The position numbers and the translations under genes are program-made. The notes under the pieces are model-generated. The model did not search any database, was not told where the DNA came from, and was given only the letters and a program-made list of their open reading frames with translations. From Psammoneis japonica (Eukaryota), in the NCBI GenBank assembly GCA_008632985.1, contig QPGO01000152.1:183249-203248 (forward strand): a stretch of 20,000 nt of DNA, written 5' to 3'. Each line of letters opens with the position of its first letter. The first letter of the stretch is position 1. Positions 1 to 10,110 of the stretch are shown here, piece by piece.

Positions 1-365
1 TAAGCTACGGCACTGACGGGAGCTCCGTATAGTTCTGGGATCAAGGGAGCGACAGGATAATAACAACCAGGTGGGACTGATGCTTCTGGATTAGCGAGTT
101 GCTGCTGTTGATCTAGCATTTCTGGATGATGATTCCAGTCACCGTACGAATCCGGGTGGTATTCTTGCAGCTGCGGAGCATACTGGTACCCAGAATCATC
201 ATAATACGCCTCCCCTCCACCCATTCCTGGCTGACTCATATACTGGGGTGGTTGTTGAGCTCCATAGTATGCATCATGATGATCTGCGGGGTTGTTGTTG
301 GGCGGATAGTATGCACCTCCACCGCCGACGTTGTTTGGGTCAAAGTTGGAAGCGTTGGCGTTCAT
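1..365 (-). CDS. 5' portion of a protein-coding gene running off the left edge; low-complexity Y/G/P/Q-rich N-terminus, possibly PAN2 deadenylase subunit
   Basis: Stop-free minus frame from ATG at 365 to the window edge: MNANASNFDPNNVGGGGAYYPPNNNPADHHDAYYGAQQPPQYMSQPG...PPGCYYPVAPLIPELYGAPVSAVA. It is not in the ORF track, presumably because no stop is reached. The last residues resemble the start of the PAN2 WD40 region as I recall it, which is weak evidence. The final partial codon 'TA' could be Tyr or stop. Confidence 0.6.
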   Translation of the reverse strand, partial: MNANASNFDPNNVGGGGAYYPPNNNPADHHDAYYGAQQPPQYMSQPGMGGGEAYYDDSGYQYAPQLQEYHPDSYGDWNHHPEMLDQQQQLANPEASVPPGCYYPVAPLIPELYGAPVSAVA

Positions 366-1211
366 GTTTCGTGAAACTTCGACCCCAACAATTTCCTAAT
401 CACAAATAGACCTTGGATGGAAAAGAGAACTTGCAGTGTTAAACCATCCAGCCGCCATTTAGTAGTCGCAGCCTCAAGATCCTCCGTTGCTCGTTGCTCA
501 TGGGTGTCTGGAGTCTTCGATCACTAAATCAAGCTTCATGTAGAACTCACGTAATTTTTGTACCATGAGTGGATCTTTCGTATTAAGCTACAGAGAATTC
601 CCGGAATTCGGAATCCAAACTATCACAACTGAGAACTGTGTGCGCGCGAAACGCACACAATCTGTGCGGCCCATCTATCTTCCCCTCAATTTCCTTTTCC
701 CCTTCCTTTTCCACCCTCAATTCCTCCCTACATCCACAACTCCTCCACATCCAGTTCGTTTCTTCCTCCAACAACCTCTTTTCTCTTGTGCCCAACCAAA
801 TAAAGATTATGCCAGGTAAGGCATGACAGGGCCTAGAGTACAAAAATATAATGTGTGAGACAGAAACATCAGGCCATTTCTTCCGGTCATTTCATATTAG
901 TCATTGTGCACCAGTTTGAAAGAACTTTCCTGTGTCACGTAACGGAATAGCATTTGTCCAGTGCAAGAACTCATCTTTATTTTATTATTTAGTATCTATA
1001 TAAAATTTAATGATGAAAATGACCGAAAGATTTCTCCGTAAGCAGTTTTGAACACACATGATTCTCCGTGCGTTGAAGTTCACTCCGAGCGTGGAGCGAA
1101 ATCGTGACCGTGACCGTGACACCTTGGCAAGTACACACAACGTGAGATGAGCACTCTCTCACTTCTCCCGAGGATCGCCTCAGTGTCAGAGATAGAGATC
1201 GAGAGGATACC

Positions 1212-4200
1212 ATGAGCGACATTGAAGTTGAAAAAGCCGTTTCGACCGAGGAGGGTGCCATGAATGGCTCCACCTCCTTGTTGGTGGAGGTCACGGATCT
1301 CGACGCCTTTCAAGGAGACACGCTAGAAGCAAAGATTGACAGTTTCATCGATGCTCATGGGATTGCCATGATTGCCAAGACGCACTGTCCCTTTTGTCTC
1401 GATGCCAAGGAGTTTCTGGCGGAGACTATGGGAGCCCGTGTGCACGTGATTTCCATCGATACGCATCCTGAAGGCGGCGAGATCTTTAAGATTGTCAAGG
1501 ACAAGACCAAGCACGCGACTGTGCCCGTCATTTTTATTAAGGGAAGGTTTGTTGGAGGCTGTGACGATATCAAGGCTCTTGACGCCAAGGACGAACTCGA
1601 AGACATGATTGGTGACCTTGTCGAGCATCCCAAGACGATTGGTACGGACACTCTCGAAACGGCCAAGCTTACTCCCAAAAGCCGCGGAACGGCTCGGAAT
1701 CCTCCTTTCTGGTTTCCGAACGTTGTCAACAATGTAAGTACGAGCTTGGAGTGCTCTATACTGTGCTGGCAAAGTCGTATCGCTGGTACTCACGCACGTT
1801 ATGTTTCTCCTCTTTTCAGTACGTTGTGAGGCTCACTGGTCTTCAAGTGTTTGGACTTTGCATTGTGAGCATGGTTTTCTACAAGGAGACCTGGGCACAA
1901 TACCTTGCTCCGGGCTTGCTTGTGGACTTTTGTCTACGCATGGTGGCTGGATCGTCGGTGTCGCCCTTGGGTATGATTGCAACCGTCGCTTCGGCACCCT
2001 TTCGCCCACAGTTTCGGCCAGGACCTCCCAAGCAATTTGCGGCGCTCTGCGGAGTATCCTTTACGCTCTTGGCTACCATTTTTTACTTTGTCGACTTTGA
2101 CGGTCGCGACATTGTCGCGGTTGTCATTCTTGGAATGTTGGCGGTTGCAGCTGGACTCGAGGCTTTCTTGTAAGTATTGAATGATTGATTGTGGTGTGGC
2201 TTTGTTTGGACTGCAGCTCACATAATTTTCGCTGCCGACTTTTTGGTTCTACCTACAGTGACTTTTGTTTGGGCTGTCTCTTCTTTAGCTATGGCATTCG
2301 GTTTGGGATATTTCCTGATAGTGTCTATCGTATTTACACGTCCTCCAAGCAAGAAGTCGAGGACAGCTGGGACTATATGTTTCAAGACTCTGGCGCTCCA
2401 AAGCCTGAAAAGGTGGATACCGATCCCACGAGCCCCGTTGCTCTCAAGTACAAGAAGAAGCTCGACGAATGGACCAAGGATGACTTTCACTTGGTTCGAA
2501 ACATGTCGGTTGGGTATTTTGCAATGCCGCTTGCCATTTTTGGACTCGCCACTGCCTTCAAGATTGGTTCAGAGTGGAATGAAGGCCTTCGTCAGCTTCA
2601 AAAGGAGAGCACTTCAACCTTTCAGGAGGTACCCGTTGCATGGTTTCAGACCTTCTCGGTAATTGGAGCTGTCGTGTTCATTATCTTCTTGGTCTTGTAC
2701 TGCATCCGCTTGTTTCAGTATCCCCACAAGTGTCAAACGGAATGGGAGTAAGTCAGGACAATCAAGCTGATCTCGTGTTCATTTGTGCCTGATACTCACA
2801 CTGTCCACACTGTTCTTGTCGTTGTTAGTTGTCCTCTCCGTTCTCCGAGCTTTGGAGCAATCACTATTTGTTTCATGTTAGGCGCTTTCTTGGTGTACGA
2901 CCAAATCAACGAAGATAACAACAACACGTCGACGTTTGCTCGTATTATTTTCTGGATGGGGGCTGTCGCGCAAGTCCTTTTGACCATTTCCAAGATGGGA
3001 GAGTGGATTGGGACTCGCCTTGAGCTTGAACACGTTCACCCTCATTGGATGATTCTTCCTGTTGGACTGTCCGTTGCAGCCCTGTGTGCTCCCATCATTC
3101 CCATGTTTGAGCAAGAGGAAGGCAACGAGGATAACCATGCGGAAGCCAACATTCTTGTTGGACGTTTCTTCTTTTCGTTTGCCTTTCTCATGTGGATCAC
3201 GCTTTTCGTCATTACGTTCTTCAAGGTGGCTACTACGCACAACTCTGACAACCGTATTCGTCACGGTGTTTTTATTTGGCTGGCGGCACCATGCATCATT
3301 GGTTTGGCGCAGGCCTCCATTTGCCTGTTGGAGGCTGAACAGGGGTTGAGGCCAGCTCAAGAATGCAGCAATGAATTCTCGAACTATTACTTTATTGGAA
3401 TGTTCTTCTTCCTTTCCTTCCTATGGGCGACTTTTCCGTACATTGGATTCTTTGGCAGGGACAAGTTCGGCATGGGATACTGGATTGAGTGCTTTGCATT
3501 TGACACTCTCGCAGCATGTTCTGCATTCTTTTACGCACTCAATGGATTCAACGCAAGCAAGACGCTCATGTACATTGGTCTTGTTGTGGCGTCAATTGCC
3601 AACATGGTGGCTTTGTGCCACACGATTGTCGCGATTATTCGTGGTCGTGGTGTATTTACTCCGGAAGTCAAGTGGGGACCTTTGTCCTTCATGAAGCTTA
3701 CCCACGAAGCGTTCCGTGGCAACATTGACAGACTTCGCACCCTTATTGACGCCGTGGATCTAAACGACAAGTCATCGCAAGGGGAAGCCAACCTTGGGTT
3801 ATTTGCTGCCTACTTCAATCGTTTCTGCATTGTTCACCATGAACACGCGAAACACGAAGATGAAGTGATCTTCAAGACCTTCAACGACTTCTTTAGTGGC
3901 CACACCAAGTTCTATAACGACGACCACGCGGCGGATCATATCAAGATGGAGGGCTGGCGCGAATCTTGCAACATGCTCTTGGATACGAATATGAGCAATG
4001 ACGTTCGTCAAGAGGCACTTGATTCCCTCAAAGCGGAACTCAACCCGTTCTTTGACCACTTTGAAGAACATCTCAGGGGCGAGGAAGCCAACCTCCAACC
4101 AATTGGAAGGAAGTACATTCCGCTTGAGCTCCAGAAGCAGATTTCACGTGAAGTGTTCCTCATTACGAGCGCTGAAAATTGGGAGGTCATTATTCCTTAT

Positions 4201-4475
4201 GTAGTGAACAATGTTCCGCGCCACTTGCAACGAGTGCGCTATCTCAAGGTCCTCCTTTGGGCGATGCCTGAGCGTGCCCAGCAGATTGGTGCAATCGTCT
4301 ATCGTAACTCCGATTCAGTTACCTGGGGTACGTGGCCACCTCTGAAAAGAATTCAATGCTTTCAACTTGAGGATCTTACCAACTGCTTTACTTTTTATCT
4401 CTTGCAGAACGTCTCAAGGTTGATGTTCCTGAAATGATTCCTCGTGCGGCTCCAGGTTGGAGGAGGTACTATTAG
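1212..4475 (+). CDS. Multidomain membrane protein, 975 aa: glutaredoxin + DUF4395-like TM domain + SLAC1/TehA (TDT family) channel + hemerythrin HHE domain; exons 1212-1733, 1820-2169, 2259-2747, 2829-4327, 4408-4475
   Basis: Four GT-AG introns (1734-1819, 2170-2258, 2748-2828, 4328-4407; donors GTAAGT x3 and GTACGT) join the four ORF-track pieces in phase. Total is 2928 nt, stop TAG at 4473-4475. Grx motifs: KTHCPFC, TVPVIFIKGRFVGGCDD. DUF4395-like motifs: FPNVVNNYVVR, GPPKQFAA, GLEAFFDFCLGC. TDT motifs: GYFAMPLAIFGLATAF, WLAAP, FGMGYWIECFAF. Hemerythrin motifs: THEAFR, HHEHAKHEDEVIF, DHAADH, HFEEHLRGEEANLQP. Confidence 0.9.
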
Positions 4476-4637
4476 GTTGGATGCTTAAAAGTTTGCCCTT
4501 GCACAATTCATGTACCCGTAGGAGTACGCATGAAAAGGAGCAATGGAAGCACCGCTTCCGTACTTCTTGTACCTCCTTGTACAAAGGATTGCGCGGATGC
4601 TTTCTGTATATATCTGTTAGGTTCAGTTTCCCTTATA

Positions 4638-7600
4638 TTAGTTTTTGTACCAATCCTCTCTAATGAACCTTGCGATTTCAATGATTTGGCCCAAGTTTGC
4701 TTCCCCCTCGTGTGTCTTCATGTGTGCAACATGTGACCTTTCATCACGGTATCGGACACGGCAAAATGGGCACAGGCGGTTCCTGATCAGCGTTTGACCT
4801 CCTTCAAGCATTTTCCTTCCTCGAGATACAACACGCAGCACCTCGGCAGTCGTTGATCTGGTCTGCTTTGCTTCTTTCGTCTTCTTCAGGACAGCTTCAA
4901 CCTTCCCAATCTGATACAATCGCAAGAAGTTCTTGTTGAAGATATTCTTCTCTGGCTCCCAAGTACATTCTTCCAGAGAAAATCCTTTCCATTTAATGAG
5001 ATACTCGTTGATCACTGTTCCTCTACCATTCTTCCTCTTTCGTTCGTCGAGGATACGTTCGGCTTGATATACATCGTCTCCAAACATCTCGAGCATCTGA
5101 TCCGCCTCAGAGGATGGATCTGAAGCAATCTCCGAAGACGATTCACGTTTATTAGATGATTCCTTTCGACTGCGACCTGGTACTTTTGGTGACCGAGATG
5201 ATAGACGTCTCTTCTTACTGTCGCCTCGTTGCTCAGCTCCCTTGCCCTTCGCATTTTCAGCCTCTTGCCGTCTTCTTTTTGCCCTTTCCGCGGGTGCTAT
5301 CATCAAGTGGTCGAATTCGTCAACGTCTAAGCAAACTTCCTTCTTCTCTTGCTTTGTGTTTTTTGAATCCACACCCCTCTTGTTTCGCACAGACTCGTGC
5401 TTGGAAGCGCGCTCTGATTGAGTGCTGGCAACGTCTGATTTTTCAGAATGGCTTTCACCTGTTTCTGCCTTCGAGACACTGTCCTCTTGTTCACCGGTTT
5501 CGTTCCGATTTGCATTTGCAGACATGATGGCAACTGCCTGTGATCCATCGGAAGGACTCGGTGTTCTTGAAGAAGCCCTCTTTTCTGCAGTATTCTCCTT
5601 TTGATCGCCGCCCACATCGTTTATACAATCTGCTGTATCAGCACCTAGATCTAGCTCAACTGTTGACTGTACACGAGATTTCGCGGCCTTCTTGCAATCG
5701 CTTGTCATGTCGCCGTCATCTGCTGCAGTGTTAGAAGCCGCCGACTTGCCATCATCTACCGTGGGATCATCAGAAGCTTTCTTGGGCATTGGCGAATGCA
5801 CAGCTTCACCGGCCTTTGTCGTCGCATCAACGGCAATAGTGCAATCATGAGAATTCTTCTCTGAAGTTGGTGATGGCACAGTTTCAAAGACTACAACCGG
5901 CGCATCTGTAACAGCGGCTTTATGATCGGAATCTTTCTCTGAAGTCGGCAACCGCCCAGTTTCAGAGAACTTAGGGCTAGCTGCTTTCGCATCAGCGGCG
6001 GCACTAACGCCCCCATCCTCGTCTAACCTTGGTGGCAGTACAGCTTGACAGGTATCGACAATGGCGTTTTCGTCGGGCTCTACAACCTCACAGCTCAACA
6101 CTGTGGAGTCCTTATTCTCGCCAGTATCGCATTCCAGCAAGTCGTTGCTCCCGGTGGTTATCTCGCAATCGCTCTTCTTAGACCCATATCCCGACTCCAG
6201 TCTGCATGGAGAGCCTTCGTCACTCCTTTTCTCCTCACACGCCAGTGTTGGTTCTTTTTCTTTGTAAGCAATGGTTCCAATTTCTTTTGGTTGCGCTATC
6301 ATTTCCTGGCATCTCAATCGTTCTCTCTCTTCCTTAAGCCGGAAATCAACGTCTCTCAGAAACTTTGAATGCACGGTGGGATGTGGACATTCACCAACAA
6401 TACGGAGTGAATCAGCGCGAAGCCAAATGGAAGCAGCGACAATAGAAGACCGTATAGGATGGCGTAACACTGTTCGAGCATCAGTGACCGTACGAGACGA
6501 CTCAACAATATTTTCCATTTGTAGCAACGGCCGGACCAATGCCTTCTGGCTGGCGGGGCAAACGGCGAGGATTACTCCGTATTGCAACTTGATCGGCTGG
6601 GAGTTCGACACGTAATCTTCCGCAACCGACTCAAAATCCGGTTTCCATGAGACGATAGAACCCAAGATCGTGTCACGCGGACTTGGTTCTTTCAGCGGCG
6701 GCTTCTCAGCCTCCCTGGCTAATACATGAGAAATCTTCCACGATGAGGCATCTTCACCGATCGCACCCATCTCAACAGCTGAAGAAATCGTTGACGAATC
6801 ACTTCTCGCCCGAATGATGAAGCCATCTTGCACTGTTTCTATGGCATCATGCCACTCATCGTTGCCTTCAAAGTCGTGTGTCCCGCATATTTCGCGAGCT
6901 TTGATGAGAGTCATGAGTAAGGATTTACATCCAAGCTCGCTGTTGGCCTCCTCTACTGCCTTGCGAAATAGACTCAAATCCCCTGTATAGTTTGCTGATG
7001 CTCCAACCAACTGGTTATAGGCAATTTCCTCGTAGTGTTGGAAGAACGGGAGAACAGCCGTAGCCCTGACACGATTAGACCCACTAATGCCATAGAATTT
7101 CACAACGTACGGGGTAGTTTCTGTTTGTCTTTTATTAGCCGCCCTCGGTTCCGAAACGATCATCACAATAGCAGGCCACCAATTATCTCTTCCTGGTAGC
7201 CCCTCTGCTGCGTTGCTTCTCCTTGCCCAACAAAGCTCTCCGACACTGAAATGGACTTCGGGAACTATTTTGTCGTTTACCTTGAGACTGGCTTGAACTG
7301 GCATAGCCCTGCGCTTTGTTTGGACTGGCAATTTATCGCGCGAAACCAACCCAAGAGCAGCCTCCCAGCTGTTATATCGGAAGTCTAATCCCATGTTCTC
7401 CGTCGATTGCTTTTCATTTCCGCTTTCGCCGCCGGTGGATATAGCCTTACTCTGCTCAATAACGAAACCATCGCATCCTTCTATTTCAACAACAGAGCTA
7501 ACGTCGGAATTGTAATTCAGACATTTGTGGCAGAACCAGTCACCCTCTGGAATTCTTCCTAGTGGTGGCTCGAGACACTTCGCATGAAAGAGGCAATCGC

Positions 7601-8903
7601 ACCCGTCACAAAGAAGAAGGTGTTCAGAGTCGAATCCACTCCGACATACTTCACATGCATTCGATCTAGCTTGATATTCGTATTCGCCATCTGAGCTTGC
7701 GTTTTCAAAGCTATCGTCCTTGAATACACCGCGAGCGCGACTTCTTCCGTTGCCCCTTCTGCGACCCGCATGTTTACTACGTTCTATGAAGCCCCGCGCA
7801 GTCCTCTGGATATTTATTTTCTTCGCCATCGCAACCATCGACGAAACAGGAGCTGAAAAATCAGGACATTCGACCTCATAGTGTCCCCATTTTTTGCAAA
7901 CTGAACACATCCTGAAAAAAGGCGACGCTACTGGCTGGTGAAATCTAGTCGAATTCATTGCTTTATCACGTTCTGCCCGCTGCCTCTCCCCTTTTGTGAG
8001 CCCCTCGTCTCTTTCTGCCCAGTTTGAGACACAAACAAGAGAGTATTCATTATAGACTAACGATAAAGGTGAAAATGACGAGGTCGATGACAATGACAGG
8101 GCCCGTTCGTTTTCTTTCTGGCGACCCAGAGCATTCTTTGAGCTGATATGAGATAATGCTTTCATTCCGTCCTCGGATTTCCGAAATCTCAAATAAACTT
8201 CACGTTCCAGCTCATCAAGCGTTCTTGAAGGGTTCTCTACCTTCTTTTTTTCTTGCTTCGTTCCGCATTCTTCCGACTGCTGAGTAGCACCACCAACTTT
8301 ATCGTTACTTTTCTTCCTTGTTCTATTGAACTTATTAAGCGCATACGGCACCAGGGAGAGCTCAGAAACTGTGGATCGACATTTTGAGTTTAGAGCTTCC
8401 TCTGTACATGCCGTTGTTGACAACTTGTCGTTATGACGATGTCGTCTAAGCATGCCCCGTTTCCGCCGTTTTTCAGAGTTGATCTCGAACAACTGCCTCG
8501 AGAAGCTTGTCCCTGTCTCTCTCGCCAAAGCAGAAAGACGTTCGGGGTCGCTTCGGAGGAATAAGCCAAGCAGCAACTCTTTGTGCCAGGCTCTTGTGTG
8601 ATGTTTCATCTCCTCCTCCTGCGTTCTTTGTCGCGGCTCTGCTCGCAGCAAAATACGATCATCATCGTGCCTTGTCTCGATGGATGGATTTACCTGCTGA
8701 TGCTGCTGGACCTCTTCTTTAGCGGCATCTACGAGAAGCCCATTCGTGTTCCTGGTGCCAGTGGCATCCGATTTGTTTTTATTCGCCATCGGCGTCATGC
8801 TGTTCAATTGGGCGGCGACCTCCTCAACTTCTTTTCGTTTTTCATCTTCACCAGCATCCAGCACCTCTCTTGGCGCTGCTGTTGCGTTGGTGCTCTCGTT
8901 CAT
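4638..8903 (-). CDS. Chromatin-reader protein, 1421 aa, single exon: CCHC zinc knuckle, PHD finger, PWWP domain, acidic disordered linker, chromodomain, C-terminal C2H2 finger
   Basis: Knuckle CSVCKKWGHYEVEC (~7865-7907). PHD CEVCRSGFDSEHLLLCDGCDCLFHAKCLEPPLGRIPEGDWFCHKC (~7521-7656). PWWP FSVGELCWARR...NWWPAIV...YVVKFYG (~7040-7255). Chromo YQAERILDER...EYLIKWKGFSLEECTWEPEKNI (~4940-5075). C2H2 CPFCRVRYRDERSHVAHMKTH. An in-frame TGA lies 5 codons upstream of the ATG. Confidence 0.9.
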   Translation of the reverse strand: MNESTNATAAPREVLDAGEDEKRKEVEEVAAQLNSMTPMANKNKSDATGTRNTNGLLVDAAKEEVQQHQQVNPSIETRHDDDRILLRAEPRQRTQEEEMKHHTRAWHKELLLGLFLRSDPERLSALARETGTSFSRQLFEINSEKRRKRGMLRRHRHNDKLSTTACTEEALNSKCRSTVSELSLVPYALNKFNRTRKKSNDKVGGATQQSEECGTKQEKKKVENPSRTLDELEREVYLRFRKSEDGMKALSHISSKNALGRQKENERALSLSSTSSFSPLSLVYNEYSLVCVSNWAERDEGLTKGERQRAERDKAMNSTRFHQPVASPFFRMCSVCKKWGHYEVECPDFSAPVSSMVAMAKKINIQRTARGFIERSKHAGRRRGNGRSRARGVFKDDSFENASSDGEYEYQARSNACEVCRSGFDSEHLLLCDGCDCLFHAKCLEPPLGRIPEGDWFCHKCLNYNSDVSSVVEIEGCDGFVIEQSKAISTGGESGNEKQSTENMGLDFRYNSWEAALGLVSRDKLPVQTKRRAMPVQASLKVNDKIVPEVHFSVGELCWARRSNAAEGLPGRDNWWPAIVMIVSEPRAANKRQTETTPYVVKFYGISGSNRVRATAVLPFFQHYEEIAYNQLVGASANYTGDLSLFRKAVEEANSELGCKSLLMTLIKAREICGTHDFEGNDEWHDAIETVQDGFIIRARSDSSTISSAVEMGAIGEDASSWKISHVLAREAEKPPLKEPSPRDTILGSIVSWKPDFESVAEDYVSNSQPIKLQYGVILAVCPASQKALVRPLLQMENIVESSRTVTDARTVLRHPIRSSIVAASIWLRADSLRIVGECPHPTVHSKFLRDVDFRLKEERERLRCQEMIAQPKEIGTIAYKEKEPTLACEEKRSDEGSPCRLESGYGSKKSDCEITTGSNDLLECDTGENKDSTVLSCEVVEPDENAIVDTCQAVLPPRLDEDGGVSAAADAKAASPKFSETGRLPTSEKDSDHKAAVTDAPVVVFETVPSPTSEKNSHDCTIAVDATTKAGEAVHSPMPKKASDDPTVDDGKSAASNTAADDGDMTSDCKKAAKSRVQSTVELDLGADTADCINDVGGDQKENTAEKRASSRTPSPSDGSQAVAIMSANANRNETGEQEDSVSKAETGESHSEKSDVASTQSERASKHESVRNKRGVDSKNTKQEKKEVCLDVDEFDHLMIAPAERAKRRRQEAENAKGKGAEQRGDSKKRRLSSRSPKVPGRSRKESSNKRESSSEIASDPSSEADQMLEMFGDDVYQAERILDERKRKNGRGTVINEYLIKWKGFSLEECTWEPEKNIFNKNFLRLYQIGKVEAVLKKTKEAKQTRSTTAEVLRVVSRGRKMLEGGQTLIRNRLCPFCRVRYRDERSHVAHMKTHEGEANLGQIIEIARFIREDWYKN

Positions 8904-9255
8904 CTTCGGTGTCGATCAGAATAGTAAGTTCCTCTCTAATATACAACAGCGCACTAGAGGCTATGCTCACACGACAGAACTCTGTGTGATCTTCACCCTC
9001 GCGCCAGAGCTAGAGTGGCGCGTACTCTAGAGTATTAGTGATAGAGTGTTACAGAAATCGAGATTTGCCGATAACAGCAGAGAGACAACGTTACACCGAC
9101 CAAATGAGTCGGGATGACTGCTTCCTGTAGTGCCTGGTGTCGTCACGGCAAAAACTCAAAAGGAAGACCTCCAAGAAAACTAAAGCGATTCGACGCAGCA
9201 AGGACTTTTAGGGTGGGGTAGGGCCTAGGTTGTCTTTCTCGGAGGGCGGGTGTAT

Positions 9256-9501
9256 CTAAAAACAAGAAGAAGAATAGGCGCGTAAAGAGAGAGGAAGAAG
9301 CACCGAAGGGATTAGAATGTGAATGTCAACAAAAAGTGCACAGCAGAGGAACGACGATCCATGGCATTGTCGAACCGGAATGAATCGCACGAAGAGAGCG
9401 GGGAATAGAAACACTCCCTTCGTCAGAAAAGACAATCCGCGCAACCGCGGGCCGGCTCGGCTCGGCAAAAAAATGACAGACGACACACGAGACAGACTCA
9501 C
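9256..9501 (-). other. Putative 246-nt spliceosomal intron in a non-coding context (5'UTR of the chromatin gene or a separate non-coding transcript)
   Basis: Minus strand shows a GTGAGT donor at 9501, a CTAAT branch-like motif near 9311-9315, a long pyrimidine tract and a TTTTAG acceptor ending at 9256. The upstream exon has only 4-7 codon ATG ORFs. Confidence 0.5.
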
Positions 9502-10110
9502 GATCGTATTCAGAAACCAATCGGCAGCTTCTATTAATTCCCTTGATAGTTCCACTTCCAGTGTGTATCGTCTACTCCTGTCGCGCTATTAACATGCAAG
9601 AAACTACTCTACTGCACCTAATAAGCACTCATTGGCGTTGAGTTTATTTCGCTGCGAAGTCACTTCCGAAAAAAAAAGCTACGTACAGCGCCGGCATCGC
9701 CCGAAATAAAGTGTCGCGTCTCTGGTGTCCGGAAGTACATTATTTACACCTACGTATCTGTAGGTTGTTGAGAAAATCTCATTTACAAGCAGAACATCTT
9801 GTCAACGACAAGTTGTACCATTTGGGACGTATGTACAAATGTACTTTACTTTGTATGAAATGATTTGTTATCTACATATCAAATATATATGAAGTATTTG
9901 TACCTTCTACGTCACAACTTAGTCGTCCATATGCCCCTCTTTAAATAATTCGACTGTAGGGAGGGCCTAGTAGGAATCTACGTAGAGCGCGAGCGAACCG
10001 TCGCCAATCAGCAACCATGAAAGACCATGGCAGAGCTGGAACTTAGTTACTACTTACTCGCTCGTCTGAAATCACCTTCCCACTCTCGATATCCATAAAA
10101 GGAAAGCATC

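Noticed and set aside
545..566. Possible upstream micro-exon (minus ATG at 566, GTGAGT donor at 550) for the edge gene
   Set aside because: I could not establish a convincing in-phase acceptor, and the ATG at 365 suffices.
805..826. Minus-strand CTTACCTGGC resembling the U1 snRNA 5' end
   Set aside because: No U1 loop I/II motifs or correctly placed Sm site downstream on that strand.
565..843. Short ORFs, a pyrimidine-rich tract and an 8-bp hairpin (TGTGTGCG/CGCACACA) between the divergent genes
   Set aside because: No protein motifs, and the features are compatible with ordinary promoter or low-complexity intergenic DNA.
4328..4437. ORF-track C-terminus GTWPPLKRIQCF...MFLK of the channel fusion
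   Set aside because: It is read-through of intron 4 (GTACGT...TTGCAG). The spliced end is ERLKVDVPEMIPRAAPGWRRYY*.
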